Positions 25,601 to 40,400 of a stretch of 49,592 nt of DNA are shown in pieces. Within the stretch, counting starts at the first letter, position 1. The number at the start of each line of letters is the position of its first letter. Position numbers and translations under genes: made by a program. The notes below the pieces were generated by a model that saw nothing but the letters and a program-made list of their open reading frames with translations, had not been told where the DNA came from and ran no database searches. Source of the stretch: Priapulus caudatus (taxonomy: Eukaryota); NCBI RefSeq assembly GCF_000485595.1, contig NW_014577062.1, positions 53,992 through 103,583 of the forward strand, read 5' to 3'.

Positions 25601-27874
25601 GGGCTACATGAACAAAGCAGGTGGATTCTCTTGTGAGGAATGTACTATGACTGATCAGCTATGCTAATCTGTGCTTTCAAGGGGTTTTGCATGCATGGAT
25701 GATCGATTTGTTTTTTAAGGTATGGTGTGCAGGGCTTGTGCCAAAATTTATGATGCTGTCGTCTTATTGAAAACCTTCATGCATAAAACATTTCTGAACT
25801 TGATATGTTAAGCTTGTTTCACACGAGTTTGCAATAGGGATCAGGGTCGTCATGCGGCACACGTCCTCTCATGCCTTACTGCGATGTCAGTTATATATAT
25901 ATATATATGGGCTCTCAAAATCCAAATGCAATATTGAATCGGTGACCATTTTAGATATTACTACTCTAGAGCAGGTGGATCTGCCAAAAACAGGTGGCTG
26001 GTTCCAGTAACTTATTCAACCTGTTGAAACATGCTACGTGAGTAGACTTTGTCAAGGCTAGGCCATCGCTGCCATCTGTTGGTAAATATTGATAACACTA
26101 TGTCTTCTCTTGGATAACTTCATAATTGTGACCCAATCTAGCCATTTCGTTTTGGATGAGCTATGTTTAAAACGCATTGGCAGTCAGCGTGACGTTGTCA
26201 AAAGGATCTGTAATATTAACATTAGATGCTTATTATAAAATGTATGATGAAGGTATCAGAAATGCATTTCACATTTGCATTCAACCCAACTTGATTATCG
26301 ATAATAGACACTCGATCATTGTTGTCACAAAGTCACTGAAATGATGGAAAATGGTTCCATACGTATGTGTATCTATTCGTACGTGCTGTTTTGTGAATAT
26401 CTGTGATTGAGTGTAGCAATGACATCATATTTGTCATAAGTAAAACGGTTGCGTTGTTGGTGTTCGGTGTTGGTGAATTTATTCATTTTGATTTGCCATC
26501 GGAATACATATTTTGGATGATCATTCTGACTCTCTAAACAATGTAGAGAATCTATGCAGAGATACAGTTGGGAAAGTATTTAGGACTAGCAGCTAAATGC
26601 TATAGTTATATGCGTTTACACGAGTTTTTACCTAAAATCTTTTCACATGATAGTTAAAATCTTATTTGATTTCCATAATCAAAAGTGTTTTGTAATTAAG
26701 CGCATGTGATAGTGTCAGTATTCAATATTCAAGGTTATTACTATAAATACGCTCTTACTTACGCTCTTACGCTTTTACGCACTTCTTTATACGCTCTTGA
26801 TAAAAAGTATGATAGCTTATATTTAAACATTTCAAGGCAGATTTCAAATTCTTAGGCTACCCTGGTAAAAGTAGTCGGCAATAGAACAACTGGTCACAGT
26901 ATACAGATTGTGCACCGACTAAAAACAATCAATTGATCATTCTTAGCCACTTATTCAGTGGATTTTAACATACACGCGAATAGGGTATGCAGTTGGGATG
27001 TATTATTTATTGATAACATTTTAGTCTGGAAAACCAACCTTTGTGTCAGCTCTTACAAGAATCGCCCGTACTATGGCACTAGATGCATTACGTGAATTTG
27101 GCATATATAGGTTAGAAAGCATGTTTACTGCATTATTAAATGGATAAGGATAGGAAGCCGATGGATGAACAATAAATAAAAATATCAGAATTTTGTACCA
27201 AAAAAAATTGACTGATTACATGTATTTGTATTTACAATAGTGATACAGACATGTTGTGATGATGTCTGTGTGTTTGGTCAGGCTGTATATCAAATCCCCT
27301 GCTCCCTGCAACCTGCAAATTGTCCCCTCCTGCCTGGACACCGAATCTGTGGTCATCGTCCCATAGATATTTATATCTACACTACGGTCGTTCGTCATCG
27401 CCCCCACCCACAGTCATCGCCACTGTGGTTGTTCCTAACCATCATCTTCCCTCCGTTCTTGATATATAGCTCCTTAGAATTTGAAAGCCCACGTCACGAG
27501 GTCAAGAGGTCAAGATTCATATTTGTACATTTAATATACATGGTAAAGTAATTTTACAATATTTTGTGTCATGATTATTCAGGCCTGCTGTCTATAGATG
27601 CCCTCTACAGTTGAAATACAATGTTGGATGGAAGATATTTCTAAGCCAGTTATATTTAAAAATACTCATTTTAATGGTCAATTTCTTTTTTTTAATATAT
27701 CACAATTATCAAAATTTGTCAAACTTAAAAAACACAATATACATACACAATATCATGATTTCAAACGTTTTCAGGCTAATGGGCAGTTTTTAACAGCTTA
27801 ACATCTTTTACACATCCTAGATTAATAACAATAAACAAAAATATTGGGCTAATTAATACTCAGTAACATTATAT

Positions 27875-27911
27875 CAGGAGTAGATAAAGGGGTTCCCTTT
27901 ATCTACTCCTG
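27875..27911. mobile_element. 37-bp palindromic micro-MITE with 7-bp TSD (P-superfamily-like CAGG...CCTG)
   Basis: attatat|CAGGAGTAGATAAAGGG-gtt-CCCTTTATCTACTCCTG|attatat. Confidence 0.72.
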
Positions 27912-28458
27912 ATTATATCTTAAAAGCTTTGTATGTCAGTGGACGCATCCACGTTTGTTGACCCTATATATCAAATATAAGCAATAGTGTTTGTGAATAC
28001 ATTTAGATTGTTCTAATAGCAAGGCCTGTATAGGCTACAGGAGATGTTACAAGATCCTCATATATTGCATATGTGATAGTTAATATATTTATACTTTACT
28101 AGTATTTTCATTACAAATAAATTTTAAGATACAAGTTCTTCGTGAACGGCGAAATCGAATATGATGTAACATCTCATGACAGTAATCGTTATCATATTGC
28201 TATATTGAGAGCAGTGTGTGAAGTCAACAATACCAACTGTACGATGCAGACTGATTAAGGTAGACGTACCACCTTCACTTTCACCGTGTCCTGTATTCCA
28301 TATTGTTCTTTTGTTCGTTATTCACACATATTAAAAAAAGTATTACAATGCTATTAAATACTGAGCAGAGTGAATATCGGGTCTCATATAAGGGTTCTTT
28401 TCTGCTCTCTCTGCCCGTTACAATCCACAAACAGATCACCATGATTACAATGCAAAGT

Positions 28459-31400
28459 TCACTTGAACCAATCGATGTCGTTGTCGTCGTCATCGTCATC
28501 CCCGAACAGTGGTGGCGGAACAGGACGTCCAGCATTTGCACCCTGTGATGCGAGACAAACTCACATTTAGCTCTGACACGAGCACATGCACGCACGCACG
28601 CACGCACACGTATTAAAGGTGTACGGGTTGAGGGTTAGGAGGAACAAGGTTGCATGGCACAGCTACAGGGAACATATAAGCTACAGATAGACGAGCTGTT
28701 ACTAGTCACGGGTGTTGCTACAGGAGGTGGGTTGTTGTAATGTAAAGCTAGGTAAGTGTATGCTACTAGCACGCAAGTGGTAATAAGCTACACGTAGGAG
28801 AGTCGTGATAAGCTTTGGATGGGAGTGGTTACATATTACATGTAGGTGAGTGGCTGTAATAACCAACAAGTAGGCATACGATTGCAAGCTGAAAGTGGTT
28901 ACGTGATGCTGAACTATGGGCACATGAGTGTTTATATACAGTACACAATCCATTATCTGAAACTCTGAAAACCGAAAGTTTTTTCGAGGAGGTCGGCTGC
29001 ACACCAAAGCTCGTGCTTGGCTGCACAAGGTTCACTGCAGAAATATTAATGTGTTTCGCATTACTCATACATATTGTACTGCACTGGTACAGCACTTGGC
29101 CCCTTGAAAACTTGGGTTTTAGTACTGGCTAGTTGCAGGATATACGGTATGTATACCTGTACTGTACTACCATTCCGAAATCCGAAAAATTCCGAATTCT
29201 GAAACGTGTCTGGTCCCAAGGGTTTCGGATAATAGATTGTGTACTGTACTACATGACACACTATCCCTTACGCTGCTGTCATTGCTGCTCGTGTCACTAT
29301 CCATAGCTTCATCGACCAGCCGACGTGAGGCAGAGTCTTTGGGCGTGTGTGATGCCTGCTGCCCTGGCAGGCTGGAAGGTTGGGCAGGAACCGACGGCTG
29401 CGAAAACAGAGAGACTCCAAATTGTTCATCCTCGGCATCGTCCTCTTCAAATAAGCTGAAAGAGCGAAGGCAGCACCTGTTAGGACCACGTCAAAAAAAT
29501 TTGTGCAGTCATGATTAGATTACTCGAATAACTGGTGTTGCTCTGCAGTGAAAACATGAAACCACACCACTGTCTCTACATCTCAGTATTATACCCCACT
29601 TTATTTAAAACCCATTTTTGTCCATACGTATTTTCAGAAAGAAACGTGACAAAATCGTTTTTCATTATAATGAGTGGCAGATATTCATAATGGGCTTATT
29701 TTTCATGTTGCTCATAACCGTGTAGACAACAAAGCCATTAACTCAGACCTTGAACAGAACAACTGTATAAGGACAAGGTGAAAAGGTTGCACCACTGTTA
29801 GCATACACTGTTAGCACACAATAGCAATACAATTACTAGCATAGAATACGCTCTTAGCATACACAAGCAAGTTGGAGTCAAATATATCACATTACACAAA
29901 GTCCCCTTTCCCAAGTGATTCATCTTTTTAACGTTATGAATCTCGTTAGTTGTTAGTTATGGCAAAACAGTAGGCATAATATATTTAAATCTCTGATTAC
30001 CTTGTAGATGTTTTAGTCCCTTCGGGAGGGGTTTTCTTAGCAGACAGTTTTACCTTGCTTCTACTGGGAGGACACGATACAAGCTGAGCAGGCGGCTTCC
30101 CAACTCGGCATCCCTCTTCATCATCATCATCATCATCATTGAATAAACTGCAATTAGTCATAAAACATTATTTCCTTTATGATGTACTGACCTCTTTACA
30201 ACATTAGTTGACTTTCATGTAACTTGAACCATTGTTATGAATGTACCTTGTGCTAGCTTTTTCTGATGATCTTGATTGCCCTGACACTGATTTGGGGTCC
30301 TCGGAGACCTTCTCCTCCATCAATGCTACCTCCTCCTCTTGCTGCAATGAGGCTACCTCCTGCTCCTCCTGCATCAATGTTGAGGCCCCCTGTTCTAATG
30401 GCTGGTCCTCCTCTTGAACCACTGCCAGTTCCTCTTCTTGCACCAAGGCTGGGATCTCTTCTTGCACAGATGATGGTTCCTCCTCTTTCACCAATGATGG
30501 CATCTCCTCTTGCACCAATGCTGGCTCCCTCTCTTGCTCCAATGATGGCACCTCCACTTGCTCCAATGATGGCACCTCCTCTTGCACCAATGCTGGCACC
30601 TTTTCGTTCACCAATGCTGGTATTTCCTCTTGCTCCAATGATGGCACCTCCTCTTGCACCAATGATGAAACCTCCTCTTGCACTAATGCTTGAATTTCCT
30701 CTTGCACTAATGCTGGTTCATTCTCTCTCACTAATGCCGGAACCTCCTCTTGCCCCACTGCTGAGCTGTTCTTCGATTCATTGGAAAGATACTCATTGCC
30801 CTCTGGAAAGGATGTATTTGGAGGCTCTCTGAAATCAACGGTCAGTTGCTGATGCAGGTCATCCAAAGGTTCTGCTTCTAGCGACTCTGTCTCAGATGTT
30901 TCATCTATTATGTGCTCACCTCCTTCGGCATACCCAACCCTCTCTGCAGCTTCTCTATCAGGCACTATCTGTTGAGGAAGCACCTCGTTTTCTGGCTGTT
31001 CCTGTTGCTGCTCTTGCTCCCTGATCCTTGCAGAGAGACTGTCTTCCTCAGGCTGTTCCTGTTGCCACTGTTCCTCCTCATCCTCCTGTTCAAGTTCCCC
31101 TACACTTGCACACATATCCACAGCTGCACTCTCTGGTTGCCCCCGTTGATGATCTTCATGACAAACACCTTCGTTTGACTCCCCAGACTCCACAGGAATC
31201 TTTGCTTTAGTATGTTCTTCTGCTCCTCCCTCTGCCTGCACTGATTGTTCTTGTTCAGCCAGCATTTCAGATGGTTCCACCTGCTCTTGTCGTTCACACT
31301 CTACCCCCATTTGCTGCGGTTCTAGCTGTGTCTGTTGCTCATACTCTCCTAGCTGAACTACAGGTTCTTTTGCCGGGGCACCTCCCATCTGTTCCGCGTC

Positions 31401-34400
31401 TTCTGGGTTTTCATTCGGACCCAGCATACTGCTGGCCTGCCCTTGCGGTTCCAGGTCATCCTCATGCACCGATACCACAGGTAACTCTGCTGGTTCTGGC
31501 TGGCGGTCACTACTATCGTTAGTCTTCTGGACAAACTCAAATGATTCGTCACTCGCTTCTGCATCCCTAGCCGTCGATTCACTCTCAGGAGCCTCCTCAG
31601 CTGCACTCTCGCGAGTGACATTCTCGGCAACCGACTGTTGTCTGTGTTCAGTCAAAGGTGACTCTTGTCTGATTTGAGGCTGCGAATCCTGTTCACCCTC
31701 TGACATGGCCTCGCTTTCCGACCTCTCCCTCACCGCAGGGCTCAGCAGTTGCAAGGTCACCTCCTGTGTATAAATACTGCACGTCACACAGAGAACGTGA
31801 TACATTGTAAAAGATCGCACAAGAAAAATTCCCCCAAATCGATCACTCCGATTCAAAAGATGATTGTGATCGCAGTGCACTTTGAGCCACCGTGAGTGGA
31901 ATGTCAACACGATACCTTTATGGTACGGAGCAGTGCTGACTGCACCTCGGCGCCGCTGTAGCTCTCCTGTTCTTCAAACTCGCTGCGTGCCGCATGGTAG
32001 ACGGCACTCATCACCCGCTTCACCTATGGATGAAGCCATATTACTCAGCTCCAGACATTTGCCTACCACCTGAGCATAACTATCAAGACCCTTTACTGCC
32101 ATCACAGGATAACATCATTAAAAAAATTAATATTCAATATTAAAGCTAGTTTTAAATAAGGACGTTTCCATCCAATATACAAGACAGTTTCAAGATTTTC
32201 ACCAACTAATCCTCTAAGATTTTCGAACAATCGCAAGCAGCGAAATCTACGACAATAGTGTGAACATTTACATGCTTCTAGATCTTAGCACAGTGTAAAA
32301 TTCATGTTCATTCTCTGATCTAAATTCAATTTCAATTGATAATATTTCAATGAAGTACAAATGGTAAATGCAGGCGTTTGTTTTATTAGAACATGCCCCA
32401 TGCACGCAGACATACTATCACACACCTATGGGCACTTCTGAACACATGCAATTAAATAACACACATGCACACACATGTAGGCATATATGCACACGCACGC
32501 ACAGACGCCTGCAAGCACACACGCATGCAACCGCCCCCCCCCCCACATTAATGCACCCAGCCACCCACACGCATCCATTTCTCACTTCAAGAGCTACGTC
32601 AGTGCTAGGCGCCTGGTTGGAGGACTCCTGCTCTTCCAGCTTTGCCGTTAGCTCCTCTATCTTACCTGTGTATGCCAACTTCATTGCAACTGCCTGTTCC
32701 CTCAGTGCAATATACTGGAAAGAACCAACCGATGACATGATGATAGAACTTGCTGGTTGTAGCTTATCATAGCTTGCTAGTTAGTTACCCAACAAAAAAC
32801 AAATCCGACACATGCAGACAAAATGGATCTATGATCAAGAACTTGTGGACTCACATTGCTGTGTTTTTGGTAAACGATTAACGTATTTTATTGAATAATA
32901 ATCGAGCAGGAAGAATGATTACATACTTTGTCTTTCCAGACTTGCATAACTTCTATCTCTTCCTGAAGCTCAGTAGAATGAGCTACTTGTCTCTGTCGCT
33001 CAGCATCCATCTGGAAGACGTTTACTCAACTATTAATGAGAACAACGTGCAGATCATATTTCACCTCCTAAAAAAGCCTAATATACATATATAATATATG
33101 CCTATATAAAGAACAGCATAATATTTATATAGGGCACAATATGGGACAACACACACCTGCAATCTGACTTCCTCAAGCTCACTCATCAACTGTGTCTTTG
33201 TCTCTTCTGCCTTCTCTATTTCATCACTATGTTGCTGATTTGCAGTTTCCATGCAACTAGCAAGCTTTACCTTCCACTCCTCCACAACGGTCGCTGTTGT
33301 ATTGACGAGCTGTAAAAAATTGAGGAAAGTCTTCATGCTAGCATTATGCCAAATATTACACAGCTGAAAGATCTTATATTGTGTGAGGATAACCAAGACA
33401 TATGTAAATGAATCATAAATGACAAATACTAGATCCCAGTCCCTCATAGAACAGAAGGAATACAATTTGGGCGTCTTATTTAAACGCATCCCGCACCCTT
33501 TTATTCATGCTCTCCTCTGACACCCTTCGCTCTTCTGTTAGGGCTTCACTCAGCTTCCTAGCCTCCTCCTGTAAGAGAGGGAATGTGCATGAATGTATAT
33601 GTGAAATATCATATTGACACTATACACTCGACTATACGTGTGACAGTACTGAATGTCTGAACATATTACCATCATTGTTACCAGAATTGTATTGTATTTA
33701 TGGCCCTGTCACACCTTGACGATTTAGCCTGCGTATGCCGACGTATCAAAATTTCTCTAAAACGCTGGCATACGCTGAACTATCGATGTTTTTTTCAATT
33801 TTGGGCATATACATAGCGTATTTATAACGAGTTGGACGTATGCATAACGTATTAGTAACTTACATAGAACCTTTCGATAACTTATAGATAACTTATACCA
33901 ACGAATGCTTAGCGTGTTGCCGGCGTTCACAACTTATGCCCAACGATAGTCTAACTTATGCATAGCGCACGGCAGCGTATCGCCGACGATCACGTGTCGT
34001 AGTCTATAAAAAGGCTGCCGCTCGACGATTCAAATCATAACCGCACTAGACATCGCAGTATCAACATCACCGTCGCAGTACCCCATTTTTAAATACCAAT
34101 TCCCCTAAACGCTGCCAATACGCCATTATACGGTAGCTGTAAGTTAGAAACACGTTCAGTAAGTTCTGTGGTCGTCCAGAACACGTCAAATACGTCTACA
34201 TACGTCAATATGCGTTGGAGATAAGTTCGATATTAGTTACACATAGGTTCAAAGCACGTTACTCATAGGTTAGAAATAAGTTTTGGGTACGCTAGACATT
34301 ATCTCGACGTATCTCGACTTGATAACTTAACATGAGTAACTTACAAGTAACGTGTGTGAACGTGTGTCAACGATCGCATAACTTACCTACAACTTATGGC

Positions 34401-37400
34401 CCGCGTATGCGGGACGTATGAGCCATATGCTGGCATACGGCAAAAATTTTGTGCATACACAAAATTTTTCGATGACCTCGCCGTACTACGACGTATACCA
34501 GCGTGCTTCAGCGTGCTCTTAACTTATACACAACTTACCCATAACTTATTCGACGTACGCCAGCGTTTTAGAGAAATTTTGATACGTCGGCATACGCTGG
34601 CTAAATCGTCAAGGTGTGACAGGGCCATTAGATGTAACACATAGATATGTAGGTTAAGCCTGTATTGCAGTTTGTTTCAAGTAAGGTTATCAGTATAAAG
34701 TCGTATAAGTATGCTCTAGCACACTTGTGCACTGTCCCGCAATTTGCTGGAGTCCATGCCATACATTACTGTAATGTGTAAAAACTCATCGTAATTGACA
34801 ATGATTACATATATTGTATTGCAACTAGTGTTAAGCGTGACTGTTTATAGTAAATACATATATCAGGGAAAGGTTTACAATGGGTAGATGTTAATGAACA
34901 ACCGATTTATTACAAAAAAATACTATAGGGAGGTGAGCATGGGCTGCAGCACCATACAAGTGATAAATTATCATTACAACATCAGCTAATGTTTTAGTAC
35001 TATAATTCTATGTTTCTAATTATTAGCAATTTAAGATATTTTACTAAACTTTCTCCCAGAGCATAGGTTTATAAATTTCAAACAATGAATTAATACAGGT
35101 TTACAATATATGAAATGAGTATATACCTCACAGCTTAGCAAATGTGGATATATTGTTAAAAGGGAAAAATATAATATTTAAAAAAATGTATATAAATTAT
35201 ACTAATATATATATATCATTTAAATATGTTTATAAGAAGGAATCCAACGATGAACTAGCAGTAGAGCAGCATTTATGTTAGCAGCAAAATGCACGGGAAT
35301 TTCCCAACAGAAACAAAGAGTTACACTAAACACACTTCGATCACAAGGCAACCCTAAATACATCAACACTAAATATTTAATACTGTTCACCATGCAGCAA
35401 TACTATTCACAGCTGCTACTTATAGAAACAATAAAAGTATAGAGCATTAGGAGTCTGACTACAAAATCTGCAAAGGTTCTCTGAAGCCTTCTCATGCGTA
35501 GAATCTTTGTCGAAAAGGCATCCACCACTTCATACCCATCACAGAATAGTTATACCGAGTTATATGGTTATTAAACAGTGCGACGTATGAGTGAGTTATG
35601 TTGGTGAAGTAGTTAGAAGATCATGTCACTGCAGAAACATGCGTGGTTAGGTGATACCATTACATCTGACTCAACCTACACTGCTGCTGGCAACGGGCTA
35701 CGGTAACCACAGCAACAATTACAACATACCATCAGCAGCACGGATTTACCAGGAAACAACATAGCGCATGGAAAGAGAAAAGCAGAGAGCAATGTCACAC
35801 GCGTCTACATTGTGGATGTTCATTTCCTAATTTCTCTCATGTACAAGGATAAATGAGCTAATTATACTGTCTGTTATATGCCTATTAACACCCACAGTAC
35901 TCTCATTCATAACTAGAGAGAGGGAGAGAGAGAGACAAGGAAAGATGGAGGGAGAGGGGGGGGGAGAGATAAGGAAAGATGGAGGGAGAGAAAGGGGGAT
36001 GGACGGATAGGAATGGGGAAAGGGAAAGGGAGAGTAGGATAGAGATTTTCGGATATATATTGACTGAAGACAAATTCACATTTGATGTATACAGTTCCTG
36101 TTACCGAACACCACAGTATACATAGGACACACTATTCTGCTCATACACTTACCTCATGTTCTGCCTTCAATGCCCATATATCTGTTTCTGCATTCTGCGT
36201 CACCAAGGAAAACTTCCCCTCCATCTCATTGTGCGTCTGAGAAAAACGGGGCCATGTCAGCAAGGGGAACGAGAGTGTCATGATTTACGGAGCAGGTATC
36301 ATAAAGTGATATGTAATATATATATACATATCTGTGACATGATAAATCTGTAAAGCAACATTGACAATATTATTAAGGGTTGAGGTGAGATCTTATGTAT
36401 AATGCTAAATGGCTTATCTCGTAAGCACCGATGCACACTAGGATGCAAAAAGAGTCAACATATATCTGTTTTACATAAAATAATACCTCTTCTAAACTCC
36501 TCGTCTTCTCACGTAGAATGTCTAGTTCACTGTCTAGCTGTTTTACTTTATGCTCAGCTTCCTTCTTCCTCACCTCCTCTTCACAGAGCAACTGGCTGAG
36601 GGAAGCAAGCTTTTGCTCCTTCTCTGCACAAATGCAAAAAAAGCATCATGAGCAGTTAGGATATATCAACGTTAGTATTATCTGTATGCAGCCGACACAA
36701 CAAATTATGTACAATGTATAGGATGAGGAGAGTATGCAGAAAACTTTCGACACACGTCATATTCAAATGAACCCTTCAAGGTAATTAGCTTCTTTGTCTC
36801 TGCCATTCCATATTGGAATTCTCTCCCTTCCTCTTTAGTTAGTTGCAAACGAGGCTTTTCTACTGCGATCCACAGTATTGATCTGTCTATTTGATCAAAA
36901 TTGTCTCTTTCCGTCTTCGATATAGTCCCTTTGATGAGACTAGTAGACTTTGATGACTAATATTTACGAGGTTACGAGGTTACAACTCAGGCACCAGTGA
37001 TCTGTTCGGCATGTGTGATTGACACGACAAAATCACACCCACCTGACATCATGGCTTTCAGATGGGTTGCCTCCTCACGCTGCTTGACTGCATCAGCACA
37101 GTATGCGGCTAGTTGCCCTGTCAACGCTACAGCCTTTTCCTGCTCAGCAGAAAGTTGGCTCTGCAGAGCTGTGACCTTGGACTCTGCGACTGCCAGCTCA
37201 CCACCCATCATAATCTGAATGGTAGGCGTTAAAAGAGAAAGCGCCGTGGAGAGTAGCACTTCAGCTGAGGTGTATAACTCAAGTGCTAAAAATATTCTAA
37301 CTCTCTATGACCACCTATAACTGACTGGGCCATCTGAGCATGGCCACCCAGTTGGATATTGTTGCTAGGTTAGTCAAGCTCACTTAGTTTGTAGACATTT

Positions 37401-40400
37401 TTAATGTTTGCACGCCAAAATGTACATCAAGTAGCACTTTGTGGCCAAGCACTGATTTTAGAATTGCCTATGACGACCGATTGGCTAGATCTGTTAATCA
37501 TGCAAGGCAAATAGGTAAATTATGTGAGTAATCATACAGATTTACACTGCAACCGAAACCGTGAAAACATGTCTCATGAGCGAAATGAACACTCAAGATT
37601 AGTTTGATTCGACAATGAAAAATTATGCATCAAGCTCCTGTTTGTGCACTCACCTTTTCCTGCTGTAGTGTGATAAGTTGGACCTGTGACTGCTCAGAGC
37701 TGCTCTTAAATATATCATGTCTCTGTTCCATCCACGTGTTACTGTTTTCCATGAACCTGTAAAGTTTAATGCAACTACCAGGGATGAGCGTGTGTGTGTA
37801 GCACATCATGGTGACATGCCAGCAAGCATGCAGTTGTGTGACAGTATGTGACAGAAATCACTGTGCAATCAATCAGTCAGTTGTGTGACTGTATGCATAG
37901 CACATCACTGTGACATGCTCAGTTGTCTACTTGCAGGTGTGAATAATAGCATGGAGACATGACTAGTAGAGCCTGTCCACCCCTTGAAAAATGACCATTC
38001 TTTTTGTAGCAAACCACCAATGCTCCCTAGATCATTCCCATCTCCTGATATTTATTGTTAGTCAAGCCAGTTTCTAAACACTAGGTAACAGTAATATGAC
38101 TGACCGTTGGTTTTTATCCAATAGTTCCGCTATCTTTTCATTCTGTTTCTCCAGCTTAGCATTCTTCTCTACAATCTCTGCTTTATGCTTTTCGTTCTCC
38201 TGGAGGCAACAACGGTACACACTGAGCTTCTTCAAACAACTGCTATTGTAATAAGGTAGGCTATTATATTCCTTTACCTACTATACAACCTTCCTTACCC
38301 AGTAAGCATAGTATAGATAACTAGATTTTGTTATCTGGTAATTTGTCACCATAGTACACTTAATATATCTGGCATCCTCTCATCTGTGAATAAATCTTAT
38401 AATAGTTTATATAGTATTCGACTACTGTAAATATCACACCCTGTTACAGTTATGGTGATACATCGTTGGACAGAGATGAAATGCTGCGAGTCAGATATAT
38501 TCATTGACTTAGATGTAGCCGCAAACATGCCCACCAAAGATCTGAGATATTATTTTAACATTACTAATACCTGTACAATCTTCTGTACGCTATTCATGAG
38601 TATTGCCGTGTCCATGCTTGGCATGGCTGACCCAAATGCAGGCAGAGCAACCTGACCACCTTGTGGGCTAGAAGTGGGAAGCTTTTCTATCTGTCATCAA
38701 TAACAAAGCAGTCATCATTCTTCTAGTACAATGTCATCACTGCTGCTATTAATCTTATAGTTTTATTGTAATTACGTAATAAACAGTACAATGCGATAAG
38801 CATTTAAACGGGCAGTATAGTGTCACTATATGCACCTGCAGACCCAGAGATAGTACGATGCTAGTATTGAGGTCACCTTTGCAGTGATCTGGTCCACTCT
38901 GTCCTGTAGCTTGCTGAGGGAAAGTCTGACTTCTGTGCTCTGTTGCCTGCTCTCCATCATAAACGTCTGCAAGCAGGAAATTGCCAGCATCAGGCCATCA
39001 GCACAGTGGTACCATGCGACCGAAGCAGCAAACTACACCCCAGACATACCCACGCTGAAACAGCTTTGAACACTAGTCAGCAATTCATACAATGTGTGAT
39101 ATATTCTACTATGATCATCAGCCATATACTTATTCTCATGGAGTGAATAAAACTACTCTAGTACATTAGATGGCAATAACAACTTGTACCATGCTGCATT
39201 GGGCCAGCACATACTGTAACCTGTAGCTGTAATACCACTCCTACCTGGAGACTAGTGTCTGAGCTTGCTGCTGGAGAAGATGCAGGTGGAGGCTGAGCAT
39301 AGTAAGGGAAGCCTTGTAGGGTTGCCATAGGCATAGCAGCCGGCTGGTACACAGACATGCTCTGATGGGGCGGTAGGCTGGCAGGGGCTGGTGACAGAAG
39401 ACACAGTCGTAGATCACATTAGTCACAACCATACATGACAGATTTTACTTCAACCCAAATTATTACATATTGATTGCATATATATACACACACATAATAT
39501 TATTTATATATTATAATAATATTATATATTATATAAGTAATGAAAGTATCAATGACACTATAGCTCACCTTGGGTGTGATAGAAGAGGGAGATGATAGTT
39601 AAAATTTGGTAAGTGTTTCATTTATGACGGACCGAAATGTGATCAAATGTTTTTATTCCCTGTTTTATACTAATAGACATTTCACTGTTTTGTTTCAGGG
39701 TTAGTTTTGATGCAAAAATAAATGTTTCAGATCTGAAAGTCTGAAATGTGGGCGAAAGATGGCGCTACGCCTAAATGATCGCCATTTTGGTTTTTGATTA
39801 TCGCGCAAATAAAAGCAATAAAGTATTCCAGTCAAATTACCGTACAGAGAATCTAAAACACAATATTACACGTAGGTATGATTAGGTAGGTAGGTAGGTA
39901 GGTAAATTTAAAGGGATCGTTTACTCTAGGTTTCAAGGTTATTTTCAGTTAATTTAGGTTAAAATTACGCTACATAAAAAGTTTCATGGTTCAATCACCA
40001 TTAGAAATATTATTCAAAAATGTTTAAAAAATAATGACTACAGTTTGATTACAACGACGGTGACGCCACTCAAAGCGCACGATCTGATAAGTTGCGCAAA
40101 ACCACTTTTCAGCCAAGGGCTACAGACCGAGGGTGTTTCTTATTTATTCATTTAAAAGCAAAAGGATTGTAATATCTTATAAACGACATATAGTTTCAGT
40201 TATAATATGGATAAATTTGCCCTAAAATGAATATCGTTCGGTTAAATAGCATTTAGGTATAAATATAATCGCACTTTTGTGATTAGCCCTCGGTCTGTAA
40301 CGTGCAAAATAAGTTGTCAAATACGCAACTTTTTCGGGGTGGCAGCACGGTCGCGGGTGCCATGGCGCCGTTCAAATTTCGTAGCGTTGATGTGTAATTA

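Noticed and set aside
30266..30832. Pro/Met-rich 188-aa ORF on + strand
   Set aside because: Antisense shadow of the FKBP15 24-bp coding repeat
32024..32069. Upstream alternative acceptor for FKBP15 exon 32023-31916
   Set aside because: Using it shifts the frame and hits a TGA; the ccatag acceptor at 32024 restores the conserved VKRVMSAVY
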